Origin: a virus
Lineage: Duplodnaviria; Caudoviricetes
DNA length: 55,924 bases
Virus record (IMG/VR): IMGVR_UViG_3300037311_000518
Location: 1-55,924 of that record
Reading direction: 5' to 3' (one strand)
Made by a program: the position numbers and the translations under genes. Shown piece by piece: positions 45,170 through 53,887 of the stretch; positions within the stretch are counted from its first letter, which is position 1, and every line of letters begins with the position of its first letter. The notes beneath the pieces are model-generated. The model ran no database searches. It saw only the letters and a program-made list of their open reading frames with translations, and had not been told where the DNA came from.

Positions 45170-45406
45170 ATGGCGAAGTATTGGCTAAGTAAGTACGCAC
45201 TCAGCAAAGGAATTTTCGAGATTGAAGGCGAGGAAGGCAGATACGGAATCAGACAGGTTGGCTCTTTTCACTCGCTGTTCCGACTCGGAAGAGATGTCCA
45301 TATCGAAAGGTCGGATGCGCTAAAAGCGGCTGAAACCATGCGCGTTCGAAAGATCGCCTCAGTCAAAAAGCAGCTCTCAAGACTCGAAAAGATGAGTTTC
45401 GAATGA
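45170..45406 (+). CDS. hypothetical protein
   Basis: KYALSKGI and RKIASVKKQL.RLEKM segments; SD GAGG. Confidence 0.6.
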   Translation: MAKYWLSKYALSKGIFEIEGEEGRYGIRQVGSFHSLFRLGRDVHIERSDALKAAETMRVRKIASVKKQLSRLEKMSFE

Positions 45407-45446
45407 ACTCAACACGTTGCGCGGGCGTAACCGCGCGGAGGATTAG

Positions 45447-46373
45447 ATGAACGCCGTATTAGCCGAACAAACCGATACCGTCGATCAGCCCAAGAAACAG
45501 CTTCGGCCGTATCAGGACGCGATCAGCAAGGCCAAGGATCGATTCGCCAAGGTCGCCGGCGATGGCTTGGACTATGACAAGGAGTCGATCTTCGCAGCGC
45601 AGGCGCTGATGAAAACAGACTATGCGATGCAGGTCGCGAACAAGAACCCGAGCAGCGTGCATCTGGCGATGATCAACGTCGCGAGCACGGGCCTGACGCT
45701 GAACCCTGCGAACGCCTACGCCTACCTGGTCCCTCGCGACGGCGCCATTGTTCTGGATATCAGCTACAAGGGCCTGATAAAGATCGCTACCGACTGCGGC
45801 GCAGTCCTGTGGGCTCGCGCTGACGTGGTGCACGAGAACGACGGGTTCACCTACCGCGGCCCGGCCGCCATGCCGGATCACACAGCCGACGCCTTCCGGG
45901 ATCGTGGAGAGATTATCGGATGCTACGCCATCGCAAAGACAGTAGACGGCGACATTCTGACCGAGATCATGGACCGCGCCGAGATCGAGAAGATCAGGGG
46001 CAAGTCTGACCTGTACGCCAAGCGCAAGTCTGGCCCGTGGGTCGAATGGTTCCAGCAGATGGTCAAGAAGGCCGTGATCAAGCGCGCTTCAAAGACCTGG
46101 CCGTACACAGACCGCATGTCTCGCCTGATGGAAGCCATCGAGCTGGCGAACGAAGGCGAAGGCGGCTACACGCTGGATGCGCCGGCCGTCGAGCTTGTTA
46201 GTGAAGCTCAGATCGCGACGATCAAGGAATGGATCGAATCTACCGAGTCCGATGAGGCCAAGTTCTGCAAGGCGATGGGCGTCGAAACTGTCGAGGCGCT
46301 GCCTGCTGCGAAGTACGCGGCGGCAATAACGCTGTTCCAAGAAAAGTCGGACAAGCTGGCGGCGCAGAAGTGA
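45447..46373 (+). CDS. recT: RecT-family single-strand annealing recombinase
   Basis: GLTLNP...AYLVPR, ISYKGLI and PW..WF.QM.KK.VIKRA.K.WP motifs. Confidence 0.92.
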   Translation: MNAVLAEQTDTVDQPKKQLRPYQDAISKAKDRFAKVAGDGLDYDKESIFAAQALMKTDYAMQVANKNPSSVHLAMINVASTGLTLNPANAYAYLVPRDGAIVLDISYKGLIKIATDCGAVLWARADVVHENDGFTYRGPAAMPDHTADAFRDRGEIIGCYAIAKTVDGDILTEIMDRAEIEKIRGKSDLYAKRKSGPWVEWFQQMVKKAVIKRASKTWPYTDRMSRLMEAIELANEGEGGYTLDAPAVELVSEAQIATIKEWIESTESDEAKFCKAMGVETVEALPAAKYAAAITLFQEKSDKLAAQK

Positions 46374-46981
46374 TCGTTCTCGATTGCGTACAAGGATCGC
46401 CCGAGTGGGTAGCTGCCCGTCGCGGCATCCCGACCGCGAGCGAGTTCGGGCGGATTATCACACCAAAAACCGGGAAGCTGGCCGCGGCGTCCGAAGCGTA
46501 CATAGCTGAGCTGATCGACGAGTTGGTGCGGCCTGACGCCGAGCGCGGTTTCAGCGGAAACCGGCACACCGAACGCGGCAAGGCGTTAGAGCCGGAGGCG
46601 CGCGACTGGTATGCTTTTTCGGCTGACGGAGACGTGCGACAAGTCGGTTTGTGCCTGACGGACGATCGGATGGCCGGGTGCAGCCCCGATGCGCTCGTGG
46701 GTGAAGACGGCGGATGTGAGATCAAGTCGCCCGACGGTCCCGCGCATGTCCGCTACCTGCTGGCTGGCGTGTTGCCGGACGAGTACAAAGCGCAGGTCCA
46801 CGGCTGTATGTGGGTTACTGGCCGGGCGCAGTGGCATTTCGTGTCGTGGTGTCCGCCATACCGGCCGCTGCTTGTGCGCGTCGATCGTGACGGCTACACG
46901 GATCTGCTGGGGCAGGCCGTTGGTGAGTTCTGCGCCGAGCTGGCCCGTGCGCGCGACCAGATTCTGGGGGCAGCCGCGTGA
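46370..46981 (+). CDS. YqaJ/lambda-type exonuclease
   Basis: QGSPEW..AR.G.PTASEF, RG..LEP.AR, CSPDAL, EIKSP and QVHG.MWVT motifs. Confidence 0.92.
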   Translation: MIVLDCVQGSPEWVAARRGIPTASEFGRIITPKTGKLAAASEAYIAELIDELVRPDAERGFSGNRHTERGKALEPEARDWYAFSADGDVRQVGLCLTDDRMAGCSPDALVGEDGGCEIKSPDGPAHVRYLLAGVLPDEYKAQVHGCMWVTGRAQWHFVSWCPPYRPLLVRVDRDGYTDLLGQAVGEFCAELARARDQILGAAA

Positions 46982-47430
46982 GCCAGTCCATCGTCAATAG
47001 CCAGGAAACGCTGTCGCGCCTGCTTGGAGACATCCGGGAGGCATGGCAGCGGCACAAGTACCTGCGCGTGACAATCAAGACCGGAAAGGATCGCTCGCTC
47101 GATCAGAACGCAATATCGCACGTTTGGTACGAGCAGGTCGCGAACGAATTGCGCGAGGATGATGCGCTCGGTGTCAAACGGTTTTGCAAGCTGCACTTCG
47201 GCGTTCCGATTCTCCGAGCCGAGGATGCCGCATTCCGCGAGTTCTACGACGCCGGCCTCAAAGGCCTGACGTACGAACAAAAGATCAAGGCGATGGACTA
47301 CCTGCCCGTCACTTCGCTGATGACGACAACGCAGCTATCGGCCTACTGCGTGGAAATGCAGGATCATTTTCGGGCGCGAGGCGTAACGCTGGAATTCCCT
47401 GAGGCTGATAAGCCAAGGAAGGCGGCATGA
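46978..47430 (+). CDS. NinB-like recombination accessory protein
   Basis: RSLDQNA..H.W and TS.MT..Q.S.Y motifs. Confidence 0.7.
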   Translation: MSQSIVNSQETLSRLLGDIREAWQRHKYLRVTIKTGKDRSLDQNAISHVWYEQVANELREDDALGVKRFCKLHFGVPILRAEDAAFREFYDAGLKGLTYEQKIKAMDYLPVTSLMTTTQLSAYCVEMQDHFRARGVTLEFPEADKPRKAA

Positions 47431-47723
47431 GGTCGAAAAACTCCAAGCCGCTTACCCGCGCAGAGTCCGAGCATGTCGCCCTGGTCAAGTCCGTCGGCTG
47501 CGTGGTCTGCAACAGCGGGCCGCCGAACGAGGCGCATCACATCGAACAGGGCCTGCACTTCGCCACGGTTGCCCTCTGCCCCGACTGCCATCGCGGCAGT
47601 TTCAACGGCTGGCACGGCCAGAAGCGAATGTGGCTGATACGGAAATGGAACGAAATCGACGCACTGAACGAGACAATCAGGCGCGTTAATGGAATGCAGG
47701 ATAACGAGAGGAAAGCAGCATGA
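47427..47723 (+). CDS. Ref-like/HNH-type zinc nuclease
   Basis: GCVVC, EAHH and LCPDCH.G..GWH motifs. Confidence 0.65.
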   Translation: MRSKNSKPLTRAESEHVALVKSVGCVVCNSGPPNEAHHIEQGLHFATVALCPDCHRGSFNGWHGQKRMWLIRKWNEIDALNETIRRVNGMQDNERKAA

Positions 47724-48127
47724 GCAGCTACAACCACGTCACATTAATGGGCCGACTCGGCGGCGATCCAGATCTTCGGTACTCGCCTGACGGAACCGCG
47801 TTCGCAACCCTGAGTGTCGCCACGTCCGAAAATTACAAGGACAAACAGGGCAACAAGCAGGAACGGACCGACTGGAATCGAGTGAAGTTGAGCGGCCGAG
47901 TCGCGGAGATTGCTGGCGAGTACCTAAAGAAAGGGGATCTTGCGCTTTTTGAAGGAAAGCTGCGCACCGACAAATACCAAACCAAGGATGGCAAGGACGC
48001 GTACGACACACATGTCCGATGCTTTGGTATGCAGTTGATTGGCGGTAAACGCGATGGCCAGAAAGCGGAGCGACCGCAAGAGCAGCAGGCGGCGGCCGAT
48101 GACTTCGACGACTCAATCCCATTTTGA
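47720..48127 (+). CDS. ssb: single-stranded DNA-binding protein
   Basis: N.VTLMGRLG.DP, ATSE, EGKLRT and C-terminal DFDDSIPF. Confidence 0.95.
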   Translation: MSSYNHVTLMGRLGGDPDLRYSPDGTAFATLSVATSENYKDKQGNKQERTDWNRVKLSGRVAEIAGEYLKKGDLALFEGKLRTDKYQTKDGKDAYDTHVRCFGMQLIGGKRDGQKAERPQEQQAAADDFDDSIPF

Positions 48128-48318
48128 TGCCGTCCGCGCGAGCGCTGGAGGAATGATGAATAACTGCGTCACCTGCGTCTACTTCGACGGCAACCGCGAC
48201 GCCGGCAGAATGGAGCCTGGTCGCTGCCTGAGCCTCGACAGCATGCGCGGCGGTCACATCGTGCGGGCGTACGAGCGGTGTGCGAATCACTATGCGGCTG
48301 AGCTGGAGGCCCGCGACG

Positions 48319-49005
48319 ATGGCTGATGGCGCGCAATTGGGTTCGGGCATTCGTCGTCTGAGGGTGCTCGTCGCCTGCGAATTCAGCGGCACGGTTCGTG
48401 ACGCCTTCATCAGTGTTGGGCATGACGCGATGAGCTGCGACCTGCTGCCAACCGAGAGGCCGGGACCGCACTACCACGGTGATGTGCGTGACATCATCTG
48501 GGATGCATGGGATCTGCTGATCGCGCATCCGCCCTGCACGTACCTATCTAGCTCAGGACTGCACTGGAACACAAGGGGCAGAACCGTCGATGGCCGACCT
48601 CGTGCGCACCTGACAGACGAAGCCGTCGAATTCGCCCGACTGTTCATCGAAACCGCGTCGCACATACCCATGCGCGCCGTCGAGAATCCGATCGGTTGCC
48701 TGTCAACCCGCATTCGCGAACCCGATCAGATCATCCAGCCGTGGCAATACGGCGAGGACGCCAGCAAAGCGACGTGCCTATGGTTGAGCGGTCTGCCATC
48801 CCTTAAGCCAAGGGCGTTCCATCCGCCGCGACTGGTCGTCCACAAAGACAAGTGGGCCATGCGATGGTCGAATCAAACCGACTCCGGGCAAAACACGCTT
48901 GGACCATCAGACGATCGATGGGCTGAACGCAGTAAAACGTACGTCGGCATCGCCGAAGCCATGGCGAGCCAGTGGGGTCAACTCCCGGCCCGGGAGGCGG
49001 CGTGA
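48319..49005 (+). CDS. phage DNA cytosine methyltransferase-like protein
   Basis: RVLVACEFSG.VRDAF, DLLIAHPPCTYL (PC), VENP, K.TCLWL and RSKTY.GIA.AMA.QW motifs. Confidence 0.8.
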   Translation: MADGAQLGSGIRRLRVLVACEFSGTVRDAFISVGHDAMSCDLLPTERPGPHYHGDVRDIIWDAWDLLIAHPPCTYLSSSGLHWNTRGRTVDGRPRAHLTDEAVEFARLFIETASHIPMRAVENPIGCLSTRIREPDQIIQPWQYGEDASKATCLWLSGLPSLKPRAFHPPRLVVHKDKWAMRWSNQTDSGQNTLGPSDDRWAERSKTYVGIAEAMASQWGQLPAREAA

Positions 49006-49023
49006 TGGATGCTCGGAGCGAAA

Positions 49024-49398
49024 CTACGCCATCTTGTCTCTTTCGTGTCGGCAGTTCTGGCACACGAAATCATCAAGCTGGTAGGCGGTCACCAGAGACT
49101 GGTCATCGATGTATCCGCCATGCGCGCAGCTGCTCACAGAGTCATCGCCGGATACGAGTCCTACTGGACCTTCGCACGGAACCCGGTAGATCAGCGGTCG
49201 GATCGCCGCTCGATAAACGCGATCCTGAGCGGGCGTCAATGCCTCAACACCGACATTCGGATCGAGTAACAACCGCGCGATGCCTGACACGTTTTCCCAT
49301 AAATGGCCGCTGTCTACTGCGGAGCGCTCTAGAACTTCCGGCTGCTCGTCGTAGAGATAGCGCAGCGCAGCGCGATTTACGGACGACTCTTTCGACAT
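49024..49398 (-). CDS. hypothetical Cys-containing protein (counter-oriented moron)
   Basis: Strong SD GGGAGG; C..C..CQNC. Confidence 0.6.
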   Translation of the reverse strand: MSKESSVNRAALRYLYDEQPEVLERSAVDSGHLWENVSGIARLLLDPNVGVEALTPAQDRVYRAAIRPLIYRVPCEGPVGLVSGDDSVSSCAHGGYIDDQSLVTAYQLDDFVCQNCRHERDKMA

Positions 49399-49498
49399 GG
49401 CTCACCCTCCCTCTCTGGTGTCGCGAAATCATGATCCTTAGCGGACTGCTTCGCAACAACCCTGCAAACGCACCCCTACTCACCCAGGACATCGCAGC

Positions 49499-49924
49499 AT
49501 GAGCGACATTGTTTCCCGCGCACGAGAACTTGCGCATCGCGCTCACGACGGGCAGGTGGACAAAGCCGGCCGTCCGTACATCGAGCACGTTTCGCGTGTT
49601 GCTGCGGCGGTGGCGGGTGATCCGGAAGCTGAGGTCGTCGCTTGGCTTCATGACGTCGTCGAAGATCATCCGGAGTATTCCGACGAAGTGTTTTCGTTCC
49701 CGCCGCTGATTGCCCGAGCCATAGATCGGATAACCCGGAAGACAGTGCATCCTGAGACATATTTCGCGTGCATCCGGCTCGACCCGATCGCCCTGCGCGT
49801 CAAGCTCGCCGACATCGCGGACAACGTAGATGAGTCGCGCCTGGCACTACTTGATCCTAAGACCGCTGATCGTTTACGCAAAAAATATGCGCATGCGCTG
49901 AAGGCGCTAGGAGTCAAACCATGA
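49499..49924 (+). CDS. HD-domain hydrolase, RelA/SpoT (small alarmone hydrolase)-like
   Basis: AH.GQ.DKAG.PYI.H, WLHDVVED and VKLADI.DN motifs. Confidence 0.85.
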   Translation: MSDIVSRARELAHRAHDGQVDKAGRPYIEHVSRVAAAVAGDPEAEVVAWLHDVVEDHPEYSDEVFSFPPLIARAIDRITRKTVHPETYFACIRLDPIALRVKLADIADNVDESRLALLDPKTADRLRKKYAHALKALGVKP

Positions 49925-50184
49925 GCAAGCCAACCAACCCGTACACCCGTTTGCTCGAATCGTTCCGAGAATACGTTCACAAGGTTACCTATCGGCACCG
50001 AAAGACGATGTGGGTTTACCCAAAGGGCAGGCTCAATGGCAGCTGGAATCTGACTAGTCTATCGGAGCGCGTTGCCGCTGCCGATCAGCTCGGATACGAC
50101 GTGCAGCTTGTCAACACGGACGACGGGCTGGGTGTCGTCTACGTGAAACGTGTGCCTGAAGCGCCGTACGAGGTTCTCCCATGA
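49921..50184 (+). CDS. hypothetical protein
   Basis: ATGA coupling. Confidence 0.55.
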   Translation: MSKPTNPYTRLLESFREYVHKVTYRHRKTMWVYPKGRLNGSWNLTSLSERVAAADQLGYDVQLVNTDDGLGVVYVKRVPEAPYEVLP

Positions 50185-50723
50185 CCACGCTCACCGAGGC
50201 GCTGAGTGCTTGCGCCGCCAATTTCCGGGAGATCGGCAAAGGCGTTATCGATAAGCAGCGAGTGATCTATGACTACTGCGCTGACCAGATCGACGCGCTG
50301 AATGCCGAACACGGATCCACCATGCTGGCATTGCTGCGGGAGCGGTCTGCGTCGCTTGCCCCTATCGAGTGCGACGAGGCAATGGATCGCACGTACATCC
50401 CGCTCCCTGCCGAATGGGAAGTTCAGACGCGAGGCAAAGGTTCCACGTTCCGCATCGCGCGAACCGATGGCTATGGTGATCGGTTCGCGATCACGGAAGA
50501 ACGCGTCCATGCTGAGCTGGAGCAGATGGCACGCGATATCCACGCGAGATACACAGCATTGCTGCGGGAGCGTGATGAACTACGACGGCTTGTTGATGAG
50601 CTGGCGACGGACTTGGAGAACGAAATAGAAAACCGACGATCTGGCGAGCTTCCACGCCGCATTGAGCGTGACCTGATTATCGTTCGAGAAGCTCGCGCTT
50701 TTCTCACCGGAATCACGCCATGA
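50181..50723 (+). CDS. hypothetical protein
   Basis: ATGA coupling; coiled-coil C-terminus. Confidence 0.55.
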   Translation: MTTLTEALSACAANFREIGKGVIDKQRVIYDYCADQIDALNAEHGSTMLALLRERSASLAPIECDEAMDRTYIPLPAEWEVQTRGKGSTFRIARTDGYGDRFAITEERVHAELEQMARDIHARYTALLRERDELRRLVDELATDLENEIENRRSGELPRRIERDLIIVREARAFLTGITP

Positions 50724-51142
50724 CTACGCTCGAACAGCGAGCGCGAGAACTTGACGCAATGGTGCCGAGCGCCGAACAACTTCGACTCAGCATGGGCGAA
50801 TTGTCGGCCGAAGAAGTACGAATCGCGAAAGCCGCGTATCGGCTGGCGCTCGTACAACATTTTAAGCCATGCGCCGTAGACATGGTGGCAGATGCAGAAA
50901 CGAAACGTGTTGATCAGCTGACCGAGGAAGTGAAGGCGCTCAGGCGGGATGCTGAAAGGTATCGGTGGATCGAAAAGCATGTAACTGAGCTACCCACGAA
51001 AAATTCCATGCGAGGCGAATTTGCAGAACAAAAAACACAGTGGGTTCTACCAACGCTGATTTCATGGGCGGATTTCTGCGGGCCGATCCCGTTTGCTGTC
51101 GCCATCGAGAACGCCATCGCGAACGAACGGGGCGGAACGTGA
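50720..51142 (+). CDS. hypothetical protein (Ead/Eaa-like DAERYRW motif)
   Basis: LRRDAERYRWI. Confidence 0.55.
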   Translation: MTTLEQRARELDAMVPSAEQLRLSMGELSAEEVRIAKAAYRLALVQHFKPCAVDMVADAETKRVDQLTEEVKALRRDAERYRWIEKHVTELPTKNSMRGEFAEQKTQWVLPTLISWADFCGPIPFAVAIENAIANERGGT

Positions 51143-51330
51143 AGACTTCCAAGATTGTCCGCGCGAAGGCTCTGTTGCTTGAAGTTCAGGCCAACGGCCA
51201 CGTGCCAATGATCGAAAAGAACTGGTTGGTGTTTAGACCACCGTTGCCTTTAGATCAACTTATGGAAGCGAGCGAGTTATCGAACGAATTGGTGTCTCTA
51301 CTTGAGAACGAACGAAAGGAGCAAGGGTGA
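51139..51330 (+). CDS. hypothetical protein
   Basis: GTGA coupling. Confidence 0.45.
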   Translation: MKTSKIVRAKALLLEVQANGHVPMIEKNWLVFRPPLPLDQLMEASELSNELVSLLENERKEQG

Positions 51331-51560
51331 AATCTATGGCACTCATTAGTGACAGAACCGAAGGATGGCGGCTCAACCGGATCAATGTCGGTCCGCCGTA
51401 CCACGTCGAGCTGGTTGGTCCATACAAACTAACGCAGGTGGAAGATGCACGCGGAAATGGCGCTTTATCTGGGACAGATGGCGCGGTTTTCTGCGCTACC
51501 CCTGAACTGGCGGTCCGGCTTTGCGAAATGGCAAACGCTGGAATTCTGGATCGTATCTAA
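51327..51560 (+). CDS. hypothetical protein
   Basis: SD AGGAG; TAA stop lies in the attC R' box. Confidence 0.5.
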   Translation: MKSMALISDRTEGWRLNRINVGPPYHVELVGPYKLTQVEDARGNGALSGTDGAVFCATPELAVRLCEMANAGILDRI

Positions 51561-51614
51561 CGTCCGAAATAAGCCGCGTTGCGAAGCAAAGTCGGCTTGA
51601 ATGAATAGTTATGC
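51555..51614 (-). other. attC: integron attC site (60 bp)
   Basis: Minus strand: R'' GCATAAC-TATTC-L'' ATTCAAGC-CGACTTTGCTTCGCAACGCG-L' GCTTATT-TCGGAC-R' GTTAGAT. Confidence 0.88.
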
Positions 51615-51634
51615 CTCATAGCGACGAGACGAGC

Positions 51635-52309
51635 ATGCGAAAAGCAGTGATTGGCAACGCAACCTTGTACTTGGGTGACTGCCGGGACATTCTCCCGACG
51701 TTGCCTCCCGCAGATGCGGTAATAACTGATCCGCCATACGGGATCACATACCAGTCAAACGCTGGCGTTGGTGCGGGGACGCGGCCAATTTCCAACGATG
51801 GCACCCGCGTTTCCCTGCGTCTTTACAAAGCAGTGATACCGCTTTTGCATGGAGCGCCGACGCTCTGGTGTACCCGATGGGACGCTTGGCCCGACGTGTG
51901 GGAGCTGTTCGCAGCGTCGATGAAGGTAAACGGCCTGCTTGTCTGGGATAAGGGTCAGCCCGGAATGGGTGACCTGAAACACTGGGGGCCATCCTATGAG
52001 CTGATCGCATCTTGCGGACCGGTGCGCACGCGTGGATCGCGAGATTGCAGCGTGCTGCGCTACAACACCGTCCCGTCGCAAAACCGAAACCATCCGACAG
52101 AAAAGCCGGAGGCGCTTTTCCGCTACTTGGTGCAGAAAGTGACCGATGAGGGCGACGTGGTTCTTGACCCATTCATGGGAAGCGGTACTACCGGCGTGGC
52201 GGCAGTGAGTGAAGGCCGAAAGTTCATTGGCTGCGAAGTTGACCAATCCTACTTCGACATTGCATGCCGCCGCGTCGAGGATGCGCAACGGCAGGCGGCA
52301 ATGTTTTGA
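51635..52309 (+). CDS. DNA amino-methyltransferase (N6A/N4C, beta class) on a gene cassette
   Basis: LYLGDC, TDPPYG, HPTEKP and VLDPFMGSGTTG motifs. Confidence 0.92.
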   Translation: MRKAVIGNATLYLGDCRDILPTLPPADAVITDPPYGITYQSNAGVGAGTRPISNDGTRVSLRLYKAVIPLLHGAPTLWCTRWDAWPDVWELFAASMKVNGLLVWDKGQPGMGDLKHWGPSYELIASCGPVRTRGSRDCSVLRYNTVPSQNRNHPTEKPEALFRYLVQKVTDEGDVVLDPFMGSGTTGVAAVSEGRKFIGCEVDQSYFDIACRRVEDAQRQAAMF

Positions 52310-52313
52310 TGAG

Positions 52314-52369
52314 GCATAACGTCTGAGTTAACGCGCGCCGAAGGCGTCGCGTTGAACGAAATGTTAGGC
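52314..52369 (-). other. attC: integron attC site (56 bp)
   Basis: Minus strand: R'' GCCTAAC-ATTTC-L'' GTTCAACG-CGACGCCTTCGGCGCG-L' CGTTAAC-TCAGAC-R' GTTATGC. Confidence 0.88.
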
Positions 52370-52410
52370 CAGGCAGCAACAACGCGCTGTGTAGCGCAGG
52401 AAGGTGAACG

Positions 52411-52614
52411 ATGGACGACAAAAACGACTACACGCTTTATTGGCGCGACGGGAAGCATGAAAGCGTGCGCGGGCGTGACATTGCCGACGCAATGAATAGA
52501 GCCGGCTACGGTGGCGGAGCCGTGGCCGCTCTTGACTTCTTTGGGCACGGCAAGACGCCGGCCTATTACTGGAATGCTGACCGCGCAGAGTGGGAAGCTC
52601 TGCCCAACCCGTAA
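52411..52614 (+). CDS. hypothetical protein on a gene cassette
   Basis: SD GAAGG; TLYWRDGK...G.DIADAM..AGYGGGAV.ALDF. Confidence 0.65.
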   Translation: MDDKNDYTLYWRDGKHESVRGRDIADAMNRAGYGGGAVAALDFFGHGKTPAYYWNADRAEWEALPNP

Positions 52615-52616
52615 GG

Positions 52617-52634
52617 GCCTAACTAGTGTTATGC
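52617..52634 (-). other. attI-like/secondary integration site or truncated attC at the head of the cassette array
   Basis: Minus strand GCATAAC-ACTA-GTTAGGC; GTTAGGC complements R'' of attC 52314-52369. Confidence 0.55.
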
Positions 52635-52671
52635 CGCAACGATGCAGCCACATATCCAGGAGGTAGATTGC

Positions 52672-52983
52672 ATGACCATCAAACAACCCAAGCCGCTGTC
52701 GGAGCGACTGTCGGGTTTGCTCATACATAGGGACGAGTACGGATATGCAGATTCGATAGACATCTGGGACACGGTGTTCCTGCATTTGAATGTAGGAACG
52801 TGCCGAAACGAAGAAAATGTTGATGCACTTATACAACTGCTCCGCGAAGCCTCCGAACTTGCGCGGAGGGTGGAAGGTGCACCGAAAGTCAAGGTTCGAG
52901 GGAAGATCGGCGAGGTATGCACAGTGCCCGTATCGCACGACTACTGCGGCAAGCGCGTCGCGCTGGTGGAGGTGGGGGAGTGA
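52672..52983 (+). CDS. hypothetical protein
   Basis: SD GGAGG upstream. Confidence 0.5.
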   Translation: MTIKQPKPLSERLSGLLIHRDEYGYADSIDIWDTVFLHLNVGTCRNEENVDALIQLLREASELARRVEGAPKVKVRGKIGEVCTVPVSHDYCGKRVALVEVGE

Positions 52984-53158
52984 GAATGATGCGAATAGAC
53001 CTGCCCGAAGGTAGGGTGTCGATGACGTGGCCTGACGACCTGTCGGTCGAATCAGCCGAAACGATGGCGCAGCTATTAGAGCTGCAAGTGCGTGGTGTGC
53101 TGCGTTGGGCGAAGCTGCCGGCGCGGGCCGCACAATCCGTAACAGACGAGGTAACGCC

Positions 53159-53392
53159 ATGACCCGCCCCAGCGACCAGGCGATTGCGCTCAAGCCGTGT
53201 CCGTTTTGTGGCGGTGAAGCGCACGTTGCCCAGCCGACCCTGCTAGGTGGCTACATGATCCATTGCGATACGCCATCGTGTCAGGCGCAGTGTCGCCTGT
53301 CCGGTGATTTCGCGAAGGCCGCCGCCGCATGGAACCGCCGAGCCCGCGAGCTGGATGGCGATGTCAATGATGTGGGTGGGTTATGTCCGTAA
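53159..53392 (+). CDS. Lar-family restriction alleviation protein
   Basis: LKPCPFCGGEA...C...C...AAAAWNRRA. Confidence 0.8.
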   Translation: MTRPSDQAIALKPCPFCGGEAHVAQPTLLGGYMIHCDTPSCQAQCRLSGDFAKAAAAWNRRARELDGDVNDVGGLCP

Positions 53393-53580
53393 CTGAACTC
53401 GACAGCTACCGCCCGCATGTCACGCTCCGCACGCCGGACGGCAACGTGCACGTCATCCCCGTCGCGACGTTCGACCGCATCATCGCCGGCGAAATCTCCG
53501 TGCGCGACATCGACGACTGCGATCTGATCGTCCGTGCAGTGTTCTCGGATTGGTTGCTGGATTTGAGGGAGCGTGCGTGA
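53383..53580 (+). CDS. hypothetical protein
   Basis: Coupled ORF. Confidence 0.5.
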   Translation: MSVTELDSYRPHVTLRTPDGNVHVIPVATFDRIIAGEISVRDIDDCDLIVRAVFSDWLLDLRERA

Positions 53581-53885
53581 TGTCGATAGTCCACATCCAC
53601 GCGCCGAAGGCCACAGCAAAACGCGTGATCGCCGGCCACTGCCCCGACTGCAAGAAGCGATCCCGGTTCCTAGTGTTCCACACACCGTGGTACGGCAACA
53701 ATCAGACCTGTCTGCGCTGCGGCCGCGAATGGGCGGATGGCGAATGGATGCGTTTCCCGTTTGTGCGTGGCGCACGGGAAGCTAGCATCGCAACAGCAAA
53801 GATGCGCTGGCGGCGAATGCCGCCCGTCTCCGAGAATCACTTCGGCATCGAGCCCACCACCGACCACGGCGGGGAGAGGGACTAA
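53580..53885 (+). CDS. zinc-finger hypothetical protein
   Basis: CPDC...WYG...TCLRCG..W.DGE. Confidence 0.55.
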   Translation: MSIVHIHAPKATAKRVIAGHCPDCKKRSRFLVFHTPWYGNNQTCLRCGREWADGEWMRFPFVRGAREASIATAKMRWRRMPPVSENHFGIEPTTDHGGERD

Positions 53886-53887
53886 AC

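Noticed and set aside
49000-51554. Additional attC cassettes left of 51555
   Set aside because: No matching plus-strand GTTAGAT or attC-like hairpin was found by eye; degenerate sites cannot be excluded without a covariance search
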